Positions 10,927 through 24,135 of a DNA stretch of 64,000 nucleotides are shown piece after piece; the stretch's first letter is position 1; each line of letters opens with the position of its first letter. The position numbers and the translations under genes are program-made. The notes under the pieces are model-generated. The model ran no database searches and was not told the origin of the DNA. It saw nothing but the letters and a program-made list of their open reading frames with translations. This DNA comes from Squalus acanthias (Eukaryota): the NCBI GenBank assembly GCA_030390025.1, contig CM059432.1, forward strand, positions 5,828,001 to 5,892,000, read 5' to 3'.

Positions 10927-11327
10927 CTGGAGAGAAAAAAAAGAGACATCACAGTAAAGCAGAGTGCGATTCAACAACAGTACTTACAACTAAGTATTAA
11001 ACAAACAATTGTGGCGCACAGAATAATCAGGAAAACTAATATGCCCAATCTCAGCTCACCCAGACCCTGATTTTGAACAAGGCAGGCTGGTTTCTTGCAA
11101 AGGCTCACTGGAAATTTCTAAAATTTAAATCACCCAACAAATGTATGTTCTTAAAACACGAGTCTGCTTTTTTTTTGTGCTAAATAAATGTGCGTTTAGA
11201 CACACAGGCTACAGAGTGAAGAAAGATTCTCGCTCACAATTTCCCTTATTACAAATTTCAGTATTCAACCCTCGCCACCTAGGATGGGCGGGGGGTGGGG
11301 GGGCACTGATTGTGGAGGAGAGGGAAG

Positions 11328-11491
11328 CAACGTTCCCGCTAAGCCGTGCGGCCGCGTGGCGGTCTGGATGTCCCGCGCAGGCCGCTCACCGGCTTTTCGA
11401 CGGAAATAACCACGCTCGTGCGAAAAATTGAACGGGCCCCGCAGCCCCTTAAAGGGCCCACCCACCAATAAAGAAATCACAGGGACCATTG
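11328..11491. mobile_element. 164-bp hAT-type MITE, same family as 7072-7226, opposite orientation
   Basis: CAACGTTCCC...GGGACCATTG termini; degenerate 8-bp TSD GAGGGAAG/GAGGGGGG. Confidence 0.7.
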
Positions 11492-12165
11492 GAGGGGGGG
11501 GGAGGGGGGAGGGAAAATCACACAGAATCAACCGAGGCTAATGCAAGGCAAAGACTGGGAGGAGGTGCTTTTCCCCAACCTATGTTTAGCTCCATGGCAA
11601 CGTTTTTTCAAAACATGCATTACATTACACAAGGGTCCCTGTGGCGACATTGTCTGAGATCCCAAATCGTAACAGTCCCTCCGTCTGTAGATGTACAATG
11701 AATGGTCCATTCTATGTATAGCTACATGCACAGGGCTGAAGCTGTGCAATTGGTGGAGCCACAATGAGATGCGTTGTGGCAACGGGGCCGGCCACAGTTC
11801 TGGCCACAAACTTTATAATATTTGAATCTTCCATTGAGGCTCTGGCTTCAGGTCATGTGTTAAATATTTATCACAACCTCTTTCTGTCATTAAACTCTGG
11901 TGATGTCTCACCCCAGTGACACCGAAGGAATCAGCGACTTGCTGCACGAACACTCATTGTTCCACGCACCGTTTTACAACAATATGCACTATTGTACAGA
12001 CACTAACTGCACACTGCACTCCAGTGCTGTGAGATCAGCTGCTCCGAACTGGCACAGGCTATAGCATCGTCCGATAAATTCTATCTCATCCAATCTGCTG
12101 CCAGTTACTTTTTACTATTTTGTCGTTTTTCCTTTAACAGATCTTGGCGCAGTGTTACAGTACAA

Positions 12166-12176
12166 TGCCAGCTGTG

Positions 12177-12208
<32 letters not shown>

Positions 12209-12625
12209 TAGAAGGTTGTGGGTCCAAGTCCCACTTGAGCACAAAAATCTAGGCTGACACTCCAGCGCAGTACTGAGGGAGTGCTGCATAGTCGGTAAGT
12301 GCCGTCTTTTGGATGAGACATTAAAACTCAGACCCTGGCTGCTCTCTCAGGGGGATGTAAAAGATCCCACGGCCACTATTTTGAAGAAGAGCAGGAGGAG
12401 TTCTCCCCCTGGGGCCAATATTTATCCCTCAATCAACATCACTAAAACAGATTATCTAGTCATTATCACATTGCTGTTTGTGGGGCTTTGCTGTGTGCAA
12501 ATTAGCTGCTGCATTTCCTACATTACAGCAGTGACTACACTTCAAAAAGTACTTCATTGGCTGTAAAACGCTTTGGGACATCCTGAGGTTGTGAAAGGCG
12601 CTACATAAATGCAAGTCTTTCTTTT
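12166..12625 (+). mobile_element. DeuSINE (SacSINE1-like)
   Basis: Head, core and tail present. Confidence 0.88.
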
Positions 12626-12727
12626 TAATTTTGCCGCTCTTCATTTGGTAAGTTTGTTCTGACTACCCATCTTTCCCGTTCCATCATTGTTTTTTGTGCC
12701 ATTTATGTATAAAAATTCCATATTCCA

Positions 12728-13095
12728 AAGTGTTCAAAATCATGAGGGGTTTTGATAGAGTAAATAAGGAGAAACTGTTTCCAGTGGCAGGAGGGTCGGT
12801 AACTGGAGGACACAGATTTAAGGTGATTGGCAAAAGAACCAGAGGCGACATGAGGAAACATTTTTTACACAGTGAGTTGTTGTGATCTGGAATGCGCTGC
12901 CTGAAAGGGCGGTGGAAGCAGATTCAATAGTAACTTTCAAAAGAGAAATTGGGTAAATACTTGAAGAGGGAAAATTTGCAAGGCTATCGGGAAGAGCAGG
13001 GGAGTGGGACTAATTGGACAGCTCTACCAAAGAGCCGGCACAGGCACAATGGGTTGAATGGCCTCCTTCTGTGCTGTATCACGCTATGATTCTAT
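12728..13095 (+). mobile_element. CR1 3' fragment
   Basis: VFKIMRGFDRVNKEKLFPVAGGSVT, and tail. Confidence 0.88.
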
Positions 13096-13614
13096 AATAT
13101 CAGTCACACCCTGTCATATGCAAATTGTATGTCATACTTGTACCTGAATGGCTCATGTGTCATATTTATAAAATAGCAACAAATTATAACTCAACAATGT
13201 TAAAAAGAAGAAGCCAAAGAGAGACAGACGGTCATTTCTTGGTTTCTTGTGGCCTTGATTTATAAGCACCCGCCACTCTAAGGAAAGATCCTTCATCAGC
13301 AGTAATTAGACTCTAATTGCTCCCATGATGTGATTACTTTCCCACAGGAAGTAGCTGAGCAAAGGCCTTGAAGAGACAGACTGGTTCAGCACAGCTCCAC
13401 GTAAGAATATAGGAAATTGACGGGCAGAACAAGACCAGCCAGTCCATCAAGCCTGCACCACGCCATAATGGCCAGAGCACCATGAGCAAACACTTCCTTC
13501 CCCAACTATGTTCGGCTTCATTCCTCATTCATTTTCATTATGTCTTTTATTAAAAAAAGTGCCGCGCTATACGACTGACATGCCACTGCAGCTGATGTTA
13601 CAAAGGTCCTCCAT

Positions 13615-14166
13615 TTGCCTCCCACATTCCACCCTACGTAAACTTGGGGTCATCCAAAACTCGGCTGCCCGTGTCCTAACTCGCACCAAGTCCCGTTCAC
13701 CCATCACCCCCTGTGCTCGTTGACCTATATTGGCTCCCGGTTAAGCAATGCCTCGATTTCAAAATTCTCATCCTTGTTTTCAAATCCCTCCATGGCCTCC
13801 TCGCCCCCTCCCTATCTCTGTAATCTCCTCCAGCCCCACAACCCCCCGAGATATCTGCGCTCCTCTAATTCTGTCCTCTTGAGGATCCCTGATTATAATC
13901 GCTCAACCATTGGCGGCCGTGCCTTCTGTTGCCTGGGCCCTAAGCTCTGGAATCCTCTCCCTAAACCTCTCCGCCTCCCTACCTCTCTTTCCTCCTTTAA
14001 GACGCTCCTTAAAACCTACCTCTTTGACCAAGCTTTTGGTCACCTGCCCTAATTTATCCTTATGTGGATCAGTGTCAAATTTTTTTGTCTTAAAATACTC
14101 CTGTGCAGTGCCTTGGACGTTTTACTATGTTAAAGGCACTATATATAAATACAAGTTGTTGTTGTT
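13615..14166 (+). mobile_element. L2 3' fragment
   Basis: IQNSAARVLTRTKSRSPITP..FKTLLKTYLFDQAF, and (TTG)n tail. Confidence 0.9.
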
Positions 14167-14513
14167 GCCGCCGAACAGTGTACGTTCCTTAAGTCACCAT
14201 GGTAATTGCAGAGTTAAGCAACTACTAATGGAACAAGCACACAGCAGGAATCCCCTTGTACATGCAGAGTGTAGGAGAGGAGAGCACAGACCTCGATTAC
14301 ACGCAGGGATAATCCGCCAAGAGTTACTTTGCACCTCATCAGCAAGTGTCTGCTCACGAGCGAACCGCCAGCCTGGGAATAAGTGAGGAGAATACGAGGT
14401 AGGATGGGCAAGCAGACATGGATGGATAAATCTCTGCCCTTCTAGTGTCTGTATAACCGGTCGTAGATTTTAGCAAAGGCAACGCAGGATGAGTCCCTTC
14501 CTCTCTGTGAAAA

Positions 14514-14939
14514 TGATGTGGAGATGCCGGCGTTGGACTGGGTGGACAAAAATGAGAAGTCGCACAACACCAGGTTATAGTCCAACAGATTTATTGGTTC
14601 ATGTCACGATACAGAACGTGACTTGACATCATGGCCGGTCTTTCCAGCCTTTTTTTTTAAAAAAAACTAACACAAGAACCAAAGTCAACTGCAGAGGATA
14701 TGCAGCCAGCAGGTGTTTTGACACGTTGGACCCCCTGGGACACATCTCATTGTCTTGGCTGTGCTCTTAGTGTGTCTTTGATGTAGGGAAAGATTTGAAT
14801 ACATTTTTTCTGTGTTTATATTGTGAATTCTGGGAGATTCTCTCACAGCTACTCTACCTGAGGAAGGGGCGACAGCTCCGAAAGCTTGTAATTTTAAATA
14901 AATCTGTTGGACTATAACCTGGTGTTGTGCGACTTCTCA
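14514..14939. mobile_element. Penelope-like non-autonomous insertion with inverted ends
   Basis: 12-bp TSD TCTCTGTGAAAA (14502-14513, 14940-14951); ~44-bp inverted repeat at 14552-14595 and 14897-14940; hammerhead core inside. Confidence 0.75.
14855..14890 (+). ncRNA. Minimal type I hammerhead ribozyme motif
   Basis: TAC-CTGAGGA-a-GGGGC-gaca-GCTCC-GAAA-GCTT-GTA: core, stem II, palindromic stem III and stem I. Confidence 0.65.
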
Positions 14940-15017
14940 TCTCTGTGAAAAAGTATTCATCATTTGTCAATGATTGTGTACTAATTTATTACAATTCTGA
15001 CGTAAAATTGTGACTTA

Positions 15018-15220
15018 ACACAGATTTAAGGTGATTGGCAAAAGAACTAGAGGCAACATAAGGAAATATTTTTTTTACGCAGCGAGTTGTTGTGATCTGG
15101 AACGCGCTGTCTGAAAGGGCGACGGAAGCAGATTCAATGGTAATTTTCAAAAGGGGAATTCGATAAATAATTGAAGGGAAAAAATTTGCAGGACTCTGGG
15201 AAAAGAGCGGGGGAGTAGAA
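15018..15220 (+). mobile_element. CR1 3' fragment
   Basis: CACAGATTTAAGGTGATTGGCAAAAGAAC..TTTACGCAGCGAGTTG. Confidence 0.8.
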
Positions 15221-15234
15221 TCAACATTCTCGCT

Positions 15235-17332
15235 AAGCTGTCTGGAGGTTGCGTGCAGGACACTCACCAGCTTTTACGTGGAAGTCCGAGGGACGCAGAC
15301 TTGAACGGATATGGTGGACAACTGGTTTAGCCATTCACCGCCAGATCTGGCTGGACCACATAAAGCATTATCGGGTCCTGCTCTCGTCTGCCAAAATTGC
15401 TCACTATTCCAGAATCATTCTGGAATGCAAAGATAAACCCTGGCTTCTATTCATCGCTGCTAAACGTCTTCTTAAACACCTCTCCCCTGTCTCCTCCATG
15501 CTCACCTCCAACAACAAGTGTGAGGAGTTCATGGACTTCTTTATCTCTAAGATTGAGACCATCCGTTCAGCTGCCTCTGCCACTTCCCTTCCTTCCCATA
15601 GCCCACCGGGCCAAATTTCCTCTGAGGTTCCCCCCTGCCCTAGCCCTGAACTCACATTTTTCTCCAGTTTCTCTCCGATCTCCTCTCATGACCTCTCCGC
15701 GCTCATCTTGTCCATGAGACCGACTCCTGCCCCCTGGAGCCTATTCCCACCAAACTGCTGACCACCTAACTTCCTTTTCTGGCTCCCATGTTAGCTGACA
15801 TTGTTAACGGTTCTCTCTCCTCAGGTACTGTCTCCCTCTCCTTCAAATCTGCCGTCATCACCCCTCTCCTCAAAAAAACAACCTGTGACCCCTCCGTCCT
15901 TGCAAACTACCGCCCCATCTGCAACCTTCCTTCCTCTCCAAAGTCCTTGAACATGTTGTCGCCTCCCAAATCCGTGCCCATCTTTCCCGTAACTCCATGT
16001 TTGAATCCCTCCAATCAGGTTTCCGCCCCTGCCACAGTACCAAAACGGCTCTCATCAAAGTCACAAATGACATCCTTTGTGACTGTGACAAAGGTAAACT
16101 ATCCCTCCTCGCTCTTCTTGACCAGTCTGCAGTTTTTGACACGGTTGACCACTCCAACTTCCTCCAAAGCCTCTCCACCGTCGTCCAGCTGGGTGGGACT
16201 GCACTCGCCTGGTTCAATTCTTATCTATCTAATCGTAGCCAGAGAACCACCTGCAACGGCTTCTCTTCCCGCTCCCACATCGTTACCTCTGGTGTCCCCC
16301 AAGGATCTATCCTTGGCCCCCTCCTATTTCTCATCTATATGCTGCCCCTTGGCGACATCATCCAAAAACACAGCATCAGTTTCCACATGTACGCTTATGA
16401 CACCCAGCTCTACCTCACTACCACTTCTCTCAACCCCTCCACGGTGTCTAACTTGTCAGACTGCTTGTCCGACATCCAGTTCTGGATGAGCAAAAATTCT
16501 CTCCAATTAAATATTGGGAAGACCGAAGCCATTGTTTTGGTCCCCGCCACAAACTCCATTCCCTAGCCACCAACTCCATCCCTCTCCCTAACATCTGTCT
16601 GAGGCTGAACCACACTGTTCGCAACCTTGGTGTCATATTTGAAATGAGCTTCTGACCACATATTCGCAGCATAACTAAGACCACCTATTTCACCTCTGTA
16701 ATATCACCCGTCTCCGCCCTGCCTCAGCTCATCCACTGCTGAAACCCTCATCCGTGCCTTTGTTACCTCTACACTTGACTATTCCAACGCACTCCTGGCT
16801 GGCCTCCCACATTCTACCCTACGTAAACTTGAGGTCATGCAAAAACACAGCTGCCCATGTCCTAACTCACACCAAGTCCCGTTCACCCATCACCCTTGTA
16901 CTCGCTGACCTACCATTGGCTCCCGGTTAAGCAACGCCTCGATTTGAAAATTCTCATCCTTGTTTTCAAATCCTCCATGGTCTCGCCCTCCCAATCTCTG
17001 TAATCTCCTTCAGCCCGACAACCCCCCTGAGATATCTGCGCTCCTCTAATTCTGCCCTCTTGAGCATCCCTGATTATAATCGCTCAACCATTGGTGGCCG
17101 TGCCTTCTGTTGCCAAGGCCCTAAGCTCTGGAATTCCCTGCCTAAACCTCTCCGCCTCTCTTTCCTCCTTTAAGACGCTCCTTAAAACCTACCTCTTTGA
17201 CCAGCTTTTGGTCACCTGCCCTAATTTCTCCTATGTGGATCAGTGTCAAATATTTTGTCTTAAAAACACTCCTGTGAAGCGCCTTGGGACATTTACTACA
17301 TTAAAGGCGCTATATAAATACAAGTTGTTGTT
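15235..17332 (+). mobile_element. 5'-truncated L2 LINE with frameshifted RT
   Basis: NYRPI, QSGFRPCHST, AVFDTVDH, GVPQGSILGPLLF, YAYDTQLY (decayed YADD); (TTG)n tail. Confidence 0.93.
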
Positions 17333-17654
17333 GTCGGAAGAAACCGCGCATGCAACGGACATTTGAATGGGCTGCACAGCCAGTTAAAGGGACCGCACAC
17401 GAATTAGAGGACATATTGAGCGGGACTAGTTGGAGAGCTCTTTCTAAGAGCCAGCACAAGCACAATGGGCCGAATGGCCTCCTCTATGATTCCATGAAAA
17501 ACAATCATAATAATAGTTTGAGAAGGATAAGAAGTAAAATATCAATATGGTTAAAGGAAGAATGTTTTAAGATAAGAAACTGAGTTCAATTGATCTGGTT
17601 ATTGATTCACCAAAGTAACGGGCTGGTGAATTGACCTTAATATGTTATGAACCA

Positions 17655-18042
17655 GAGACCTGAGCACATAATCGAGACGAACACTCCCGGTGCAGTGCTG
17701 AGGGAGTGCTGCACTGTCGGAGGTGCCGTCTTTCGGATGAGACGTTAAACATCTGCCCCCTCAGGTGGACGTAAAAGTTTGCATGGCCACTATTCAAAGA
17801 AGAGCAGGGGAGTTCTCCCCGGTGTCCTGGGGCCAATATTTATTCCCTCAATCAATATCACTAAAACAGATTATCTGGTCATTAATCATATTGCTGTTTG
17901 TGGGAGCTTGCTGTGCGCAAATTGGCTGCGCGTTTCCCACATTACAACAGTGACTACATTTCAAAAGTACTTCATTGGCTGTTAAAGCGCTTTGGGACAT
18001 TCTGAGGTCGTGAAAGACGCTATATAAATGCAATTTCTTTCT
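17655..18042 (+). mobile_element. DeuSINE, 5'-truncated
   Basis: Deu core and tail. Confidence 0.85.
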
Positions 18043-18546
18043 TATTTTCGTTTAACCTGTCGAGAAAGATAAATGTATGCACACTGATTAGAAAATAACA
18101 TTTATACTGACTTTTATCTCTAACTCTTTCAGGTCTTAAAGGACAAAGAAAAACCTACTGCCATATTTGATGACTATTGGAAACACTCAGAGCTGTACAA
18201 CCATTATAACGATAGACGTCACTAACAGATCAAGCCACTTCAGCGCACAGCTCCTTTTAAGAAGGTGATCTCAGAGCCGTGTGATCACCGGGATCATGGA
18301 AACTCCTGCAGGGAGGGTTAAAGTCTCAAACTACAACTTTATTTTACGACCAGCACATCTTTCCTGCTGGCTGGGGAAGTTTGCAACCGGCACAACGACG
18401 AGAACTCTGCACTGTTGGGTGGTCTGAGGCGGAGCCTGCCGCTGGGGTTGCCAACCCTGCATGTATTCCTGGTAGTTCATCGCACGACCTCCCGCTTCAA
18501 CCGCCCCAGTCATAGAATCACATAGCGCAGACTTGAGGCCATTCAC

Positions 18547-18930
18547 TAGGCCGACATTCCAGTGCAGTGCTGAGGGAGCGCTGCACTGTCAGAGGTGCCG
18601 TCTTTCGGATGAGACGTTAAACCGAGGCCCAGTCTGCTCTCTCAGGTGGACGTAAAGATCCCACGGCACTATTTCGAAGAAGAGCAGGGGAGTTGCTCCC
18701 CGGTTGTCCTGGCCACTTATTTATCCCTCAACCATTATAACAAAAAAGATTATCTGGTCGTTATCACATTGCTGTTTGTGGGAGCTTGCTGTGCGCAAAA
18801 TTGGCTGCTGCATTTCCTACATTACAACAGTGACTACACTTCAAAAAGTACTTCATTGGCTGTAAAGTGCTTTGGGACGTCTGGTGGTCGTGAAAGGCGC
18901 TGTAGAATGCAAGTCTTTCTTTCTTTCTTT
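18547..18930 (+). mobile_element. DeuSINE, 5'-truncated
   Basis: Deu core and tail. Confidence 0.87.
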
Positions 18931-19314
18931 CGGGCCCAACTTGTTGGTGCTGGCTCTTTGAAAGATCTCTCCAATTAGTCCGCTGCCCCTTGCTCTTTCC
19001 CCACCGCCAAGCACATATTTTTTCCTTTTCAAGTATTTATCCAATTCCCTTTTGAAAGTTACTACAAACATCTTTTTTTTTTGTCCCCACATCTTCAATA
19101 TTTTTATAAACTAACGACCGGAAGTGATTTGATTTACCTTAAAGCGCTGCTGCTGCTGCTGCCTGAACTTTGGGAAGCCGCAGCAGCATTAGCTGTAAGT
19201 AAATGGGGAAACATAAATCGCTGATCTCCCTCCCCCACCCATACACACTTCTAAGTAGGGAGCAAAAGGCACGGGTAACAGGTTCATTTATTTCCTGTTA
19301 GCCCGAATTAGAGC

Positions 19315-19605
19315 TGCTTCCACTGACAGGAGGGTCCGGTAACCAGAGGACGCAGACTTACGATAACTGGCCAAAGAGCCAGCGGGGAGATGAGGAGAAA
19401 ACTTTTTTACGCGCCTGTTGTTATGATCCGGAATGCGCTGTCTGAAAGGGAGGTGGAAGCAGATTCAATAGGGAATCGGTTATAATAATAAAAAAGAAAA
19501 AAAAATGTGCAGGGCTATGGGGAAAGAGCAGGGGGGAATGTGGGACTAATTGGAGAGCTCTTTCAAACAGCCGGCACAGGCACGATGGGCTGAAGGGCCT
19601 CCTTC
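19315..19605 (+). mobile_element. Degenerate CR1 3' fragment
   Basis: GGTAACCAGAGGAC..GGAATGCGCTGTCTGAAAGGG..GGCCTCCTTCT. Confidence 0.75.
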
Positions 19606-19608
19606 TTT

Positions 19609-20535
19609 ATTTTTTTATTCGTTCCTGGGATGTGGGCGTCACTGGCAAGGCCAGCATTTATTGCCCATCCCTAATTACCTTGAGTATGTGGTGGTGAGCC
19701 TCCTTCTTGAACCGCTGCAGTCCGTGTGGTGAAGGTACTCCCACAGTGCTGTTAGGGAGGGAGTTCCAGGATTTTGACCCAGCGACGATGAAGGAACGGC
19801 CGATATATTTCCAAGTCGGGATGGTGTGTGACTTGGAGGGAACTTGGAGGTGGGGGTGTTCCCATGCGCCTGCTGCCCTTGTCCTTCTTCTTCTTAGGCA
19901 GTCCCTCGGAACCAAGGATGACTTGCTTCCACACTAAAATGAGTTCTCAGGTGACTGATGAGTCCAATGCGGGACCTACAGTCTCTGTCACAGGTGGGGC
20001 CAGACGGTGGTTGAAAGGGGCGGGTGGGTGGGGTGCTTGGGTTGACGTCCGCTGTTTGCGCTTGGCTTCCACTTGCTCCGGCGAAGAGACTCGAGGTGTT
20101 TGGCGCCTTCCCGGATGCTTCTCCTCCACTTTGTGCGGTCTTGGGCCAGGGATTCCCAGGGTGTCGGTGGGGATGTTGCACTTTTTCAAGGATGTTTTGA
20201 GGGTGTCCTTGAATCGTTTCCTCTGCCCCACCTGGGGCTCTCTTGCCGTGTCGGAGCTCCGAGTAGAGCGCTTGCTTTGGGAGAGTCTCGTATCGGGCAT
20301 GCGGACAATGTGGCCGTCCATCGGAGTTGATCGAGCGTGGTCAAAGCTTCGATGCTGTCCTTCTAGGTGGCAGAGGTCGCGGGGGTTTGGGAGGTGCTGC
20401 CGAAGGAGCCTTGGCGAGTTGCTGCGGTGCATCTTGTAGATGGTACACACTGCAGCCACGGTGCGCCGGTGGTGGAGGGAGTGAATGTTTAAGGTGGTGG
20501 ATGCGGTGCCAATCAAGCAGGCCTGCTTTGTCCTG
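19609..20535 (-). mobile_element. 3' end of second CR1/L2-group LINE, split by an RTE
   Basis: LNIHSLHHRRTVAAVCTIYKMH / [16 protein letters not shown] peptides. Confidence 0.8.
19889..20355 (-). mobile_element. RTE LINE 3' fragment
   Basis: GHIVRMPDTRL..RKRFKDTLK, C-terminal zinc finger, (AAG)n tail, TSD TGTCCTTCT (19880-19888, 20356-20364). Confidence 0.88.
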
Positions 20536-20950
20536 CGCTGTATGACTCTATAATTCTACCTGAGCCACTCTTATGAACATGTGCTACAAGTCGCTGCCAG
20601 AGAGAAGCGCCTGGTGAATTCACTGACAGCTGTTCTCGCAAATCTGTGCCTAACACTCGAAACGTAACTAACCAGGATGACTTTCCAATGGCCCTTGCTC
20701 ACTGCAGGCAGCTGGCAATGTCATTAAGGCAGACTGCGCCTCTGCCACCTATCAGCACGCCCCATTTCCCAGCGACATCTTCAAAGCGCTGACTGACTGG
20801 TGATCACCTCCGTCTCACCAACAGCCCCAGCAGGCCAGCCACAGAACAGGAGTGTAAATCCTTCTCAGGCAAAAATGGATGATTAGCCCCGGCCGGTAAC
20901 AAATACGTAAGAGCGCCGATCTCAGATATAAACCACAGGCACATATAAAA

Positions 20951-21413
20951 AAAAGACTTGCATTTATATAGCGCCCTTTCATGGCCACCCGGACATCCCA
21001 AAGCGCTTTACAGCCAATGAAGTACTTTCTGAAGTGTAGTCACTGTTGTAATGTGGAAACGCAGAGCCAATTTGCACACAGCAAGCTCCCACAAACAGCA
21101 ATGTAAAAATGACCAGATAAACTGCTTTAGTGATGTTGGTTGATGGATAAATATTGGCCCAGGCACCCGCGATAACTCCCCTGCTCTTCTTCGAATAGTG
21201 GCCATGGGATCTTTTACGTCCCACTGAGAGGGCAGCGAGGCCTCGGTTAATGTCTCATCAGAAAGACAGCACCTCCCGACAGTGCAGCGTCCCTCAGCAC
21301 TGCACTAGCGTGTCAGGCCTGGATTTTTGTGCTCATGTCTCTGAGTGGAACTGTGAACCACAACCTTCTGACTCAGAGGTGCGGGCACTACCCACTGAGG
21401 CCATGGCTGACAC
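20951..21413 (-). mobile_element. DeuSINE
   Basis: Reverse complement of head, core and tail. Confidence 0.88.
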
Positions 21414-21540
21414 TAAGACATATGACGAAGATCACTCCTACCCACAGACCAATCATAACTAATGACAACAGGCTCCCTGCTAGAATTACATACTGCTAGA
21501 GTCTGAGGTTCTTCTATACATAAACAGAGGCATGGAGGGG

Positions 21541-21939
21541 GGGGGGGAATTTTAACCCAAAAAAATGGGTGGGTTGGGGTCGGGGGGGAGGTTAAAAGGT
21601 TAAAAATCTGAATCCCACCTCCAACCTGCCCACTTTCGCTTTTAACGGAGGCGGGACAAGTAGCCAACCCGCTCCCAGGAGGCGTTTCCCAGGCCTCCGG
21701 AAACCCGCAGCTAAAGGGAGGCGAGGACTGCTGGTAAGTGCCTTTAACTAACCTGCTGGATCCAGGTTCCTGCCTCACCAACCGCAGTGATTGGACAACC
21801 ACTTACCCACACCCCTTGACACCCTGCTCCCCCCCCCACCGCCCCTGACCCCCCCCCCCCTTCCCCCCCCCCACCCCCCGCCCCATCCCCGTGGATCACA
21901 TCCTCGCTCCCTACCCACCTCCAAATTAAAATTCCGGCC
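21541..21939. mobile_element. Harbinger-like MITE
   Basis: Imperfect TIRs GGGGGAATTTTAA / TTAAAATTCCGGCC. Confidence 0.5.
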
Positions 21940-22550
21940 ATGGAGTGCAAAAGCAAGGAAGTTATGCTAAACCTTTATAATCACTGGTTAGGCTCCAGCT
22001 GGAATATTGTGTCCAATCTGGGCACCGCACTTTAGGAGGATGTCAAAGCCTTGGAGAGGGTGCGGAGGAGATTTATAGAATGGTACCAGGGGGGATGAGG
22101 GACTTCAGTTACGTGGAGAGACTGGAGAAGCTGGGATTGTTCTCCTTACAGCAGAGAGCTTTAAGGCGTGATTTAATAAAGGTGTTCAAAATCATGAAAT
22201 GTTTTAATAGACTAAATAAGGAGAAACTGTTTCCAGTGGCAGGAGGGTCGGTAACCAGAGGACACAGATTTAAAGTAAATGGCAAAAGAATCAGAGGGGA
22301 GAGGAGGAGATTTTTTTAACGCAGCGAGTTGTTGCGATCTGGAATGCGCTGCCTTAAAGGGCGGTGGAAGCAGATTCAATAGTGACTTTCAAAAGGGAAT
22401 CGGAAAAATACTTGAAGGGGAAAAATTTGCAGGCTCTGGGGAACGAGCAGGGGGGAGTGGGACTAATTGGAGAGCTCTTTCAAAGAGCCGGCACAGGCAC
22501 GATGGGCCGAATGGCCCTCCTTCCGCGCTGTGTCATTCTATGATTCTATG
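21940..22550 (+). mobile_element. CR1 3' fragment
   Basis: RDFSYVERLEKLGLFSL, and ATTCTATGATTCTATG tail. Confidence 0.88.
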
Positions 22551-22965
22551 CATTTTGGATCGATGCAGAAAAAGGGGTGTGGAACTGACAACGAAAAAAA
22601 ACAGACTGTGTTATTGTGTGTTGAACGGGAGGGACTCCCTGCGCTTTCTCCACTTCCTGCTGCAGCACCAGGTAAGGTGACACACCATTGACATGCTGCC
22701 ACGTTTAACACAGACTGTGACCTCAGATCACTGTGTTTACAGAAACAGAAGAGCCGATAATTTGTTCCAGTTAAAAGCTGGCATTCTGCTTTTTTATTGA
22801 TGAAATAAAAAACTATGGTGTTTTAATTTCAGAGTGATATTTGGTGTTCGGTTGTCTGCAAGTGTTTTTATTATTCCTTTTTCTTAAATTATAATACAAA
22901 ATATAAATGAGTTCGAGCCCCACACCCTCCAAAGGCTGGTTCCACTCGGATCTGTGCTTGATGCT

Positions 22966-23335
22966 GTGACAGCTGTTGCTCAGTGGGTAACACCCTTGAG
23001 TCTGAGTCAGGTTGTGGGTTCAAGTCCCACTCCAGAGACTTGAACATGAAAATCTAGGTCTGACACTCTAGTGCAGCGCTGAGGGAGTGCTGCACTGTCT
23101 GAGGTGCCGTCTTTCAGATGAGACGTTAAACCGAGGCCCCGTCCACCCTTCAGGTGGATGTAAAAGATCCCATGGCACTATTTCGAAGAAGAGCAGGGGA
23201 GTTCTCCCCGGTGTCCTGGCCAATATTTATCCCTCAATCATACATTACAACAGTGACTACACTTCAAAAACGTACTTCACTGGCTGTAAAGCACTTTGGG
23301 ACGTCCAGGTGATCGTGAAAGGCGCTGTAGAAATG
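22966..23335 (+). mobile_element. DeuSINE with internal deletion
   Basis: Head and core present; the ACAGATTATCTGG block is missing. Confidence 0.85.
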
Positions 23336-23744
23336 CCAGGGTCACAATAGGAATAGATGTAGCAGTCAGTTTACAAAAAGCAATTCCATCTCCTGCCTTG
23401 GTTCCATTACCCTCAATACCCGACCCTTGCCTTTGGTGGGGTGGCGGGGGGGAGTCAGAACAAGGGGGCATAACCTTAAAATTAGAGCCAGGCCATTCAG
23501 GGGTGATGTCAGGAAGCACTTCTTCACACAAAGGGTGGGGGGAAATCTGCAACTCTCTCCCCCAAACAGCTGGTTGAGGGTGGGGAGGGGGGGGGTCAAT
23601 AGAGAATTTCAAAACTGAGACTGATAGATTTTTGTTAGGCAAGGACATTAAGGGTTACGGAACCACATAGGGTAAATGGAGTTAACCTGAATGGCGGAAC
23701 ATGCTCAAGGGGCTGAATGGCCTCCTCCTGTTCCTATGTTTAAA

Positions 23745-24135
23745 AAAAGCACTTGCAAGTCTATAGCGCCTTTCATGACCTCAGGACGACCCCAAAGCGC
23801 TTTACAGCCAATGAAGTGTCATGTAGTCCACAGTTGTAATGCAGGAAACGCGCCCAGCCATTTGCGCACAGCAAGCTCCCCACAGACAGCAATGTGATAA
23901 TGACAGATAATCTGTTTCAGTCTCTGTTGGGTGAGGGATAAATATTGGCCAGACACTGGGGTGAACTACTCTGCTCTTCTTTGAAATAGTGCCACAGATA
24001 GTCGGATTAACGTCAATTCGAAAGACGGCACCTCCGACAGTGCAGCACTCCTCAGCTCTGCAACTGGGAGTGTCGGTCTAGATTAGACGTCAAGTCTCTG
24101 GAGTGGGACTTGAACCCACGACCTTCTCGACTCAG
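23745..24135 (-). mobile_element. DeuSINE, degenerate
   Basis: Reverse complement of head, core and tail with indels. Confidence 0.8.

Noticed and set aside
11060..11117. Possible AG..GT micro-exon just upstream of the 69-bp exon
   Set aside because: The frame needed to join the phase-0 exon contains TGA, and there is no NIPAL2 similarity.
11265..11531. ORF with a GTGAG donor as candidate NIPAL2 exon 1
   Set aside because: It lies within a hAT-type MITE (11328-11491) that recurs elsewhere in the window.
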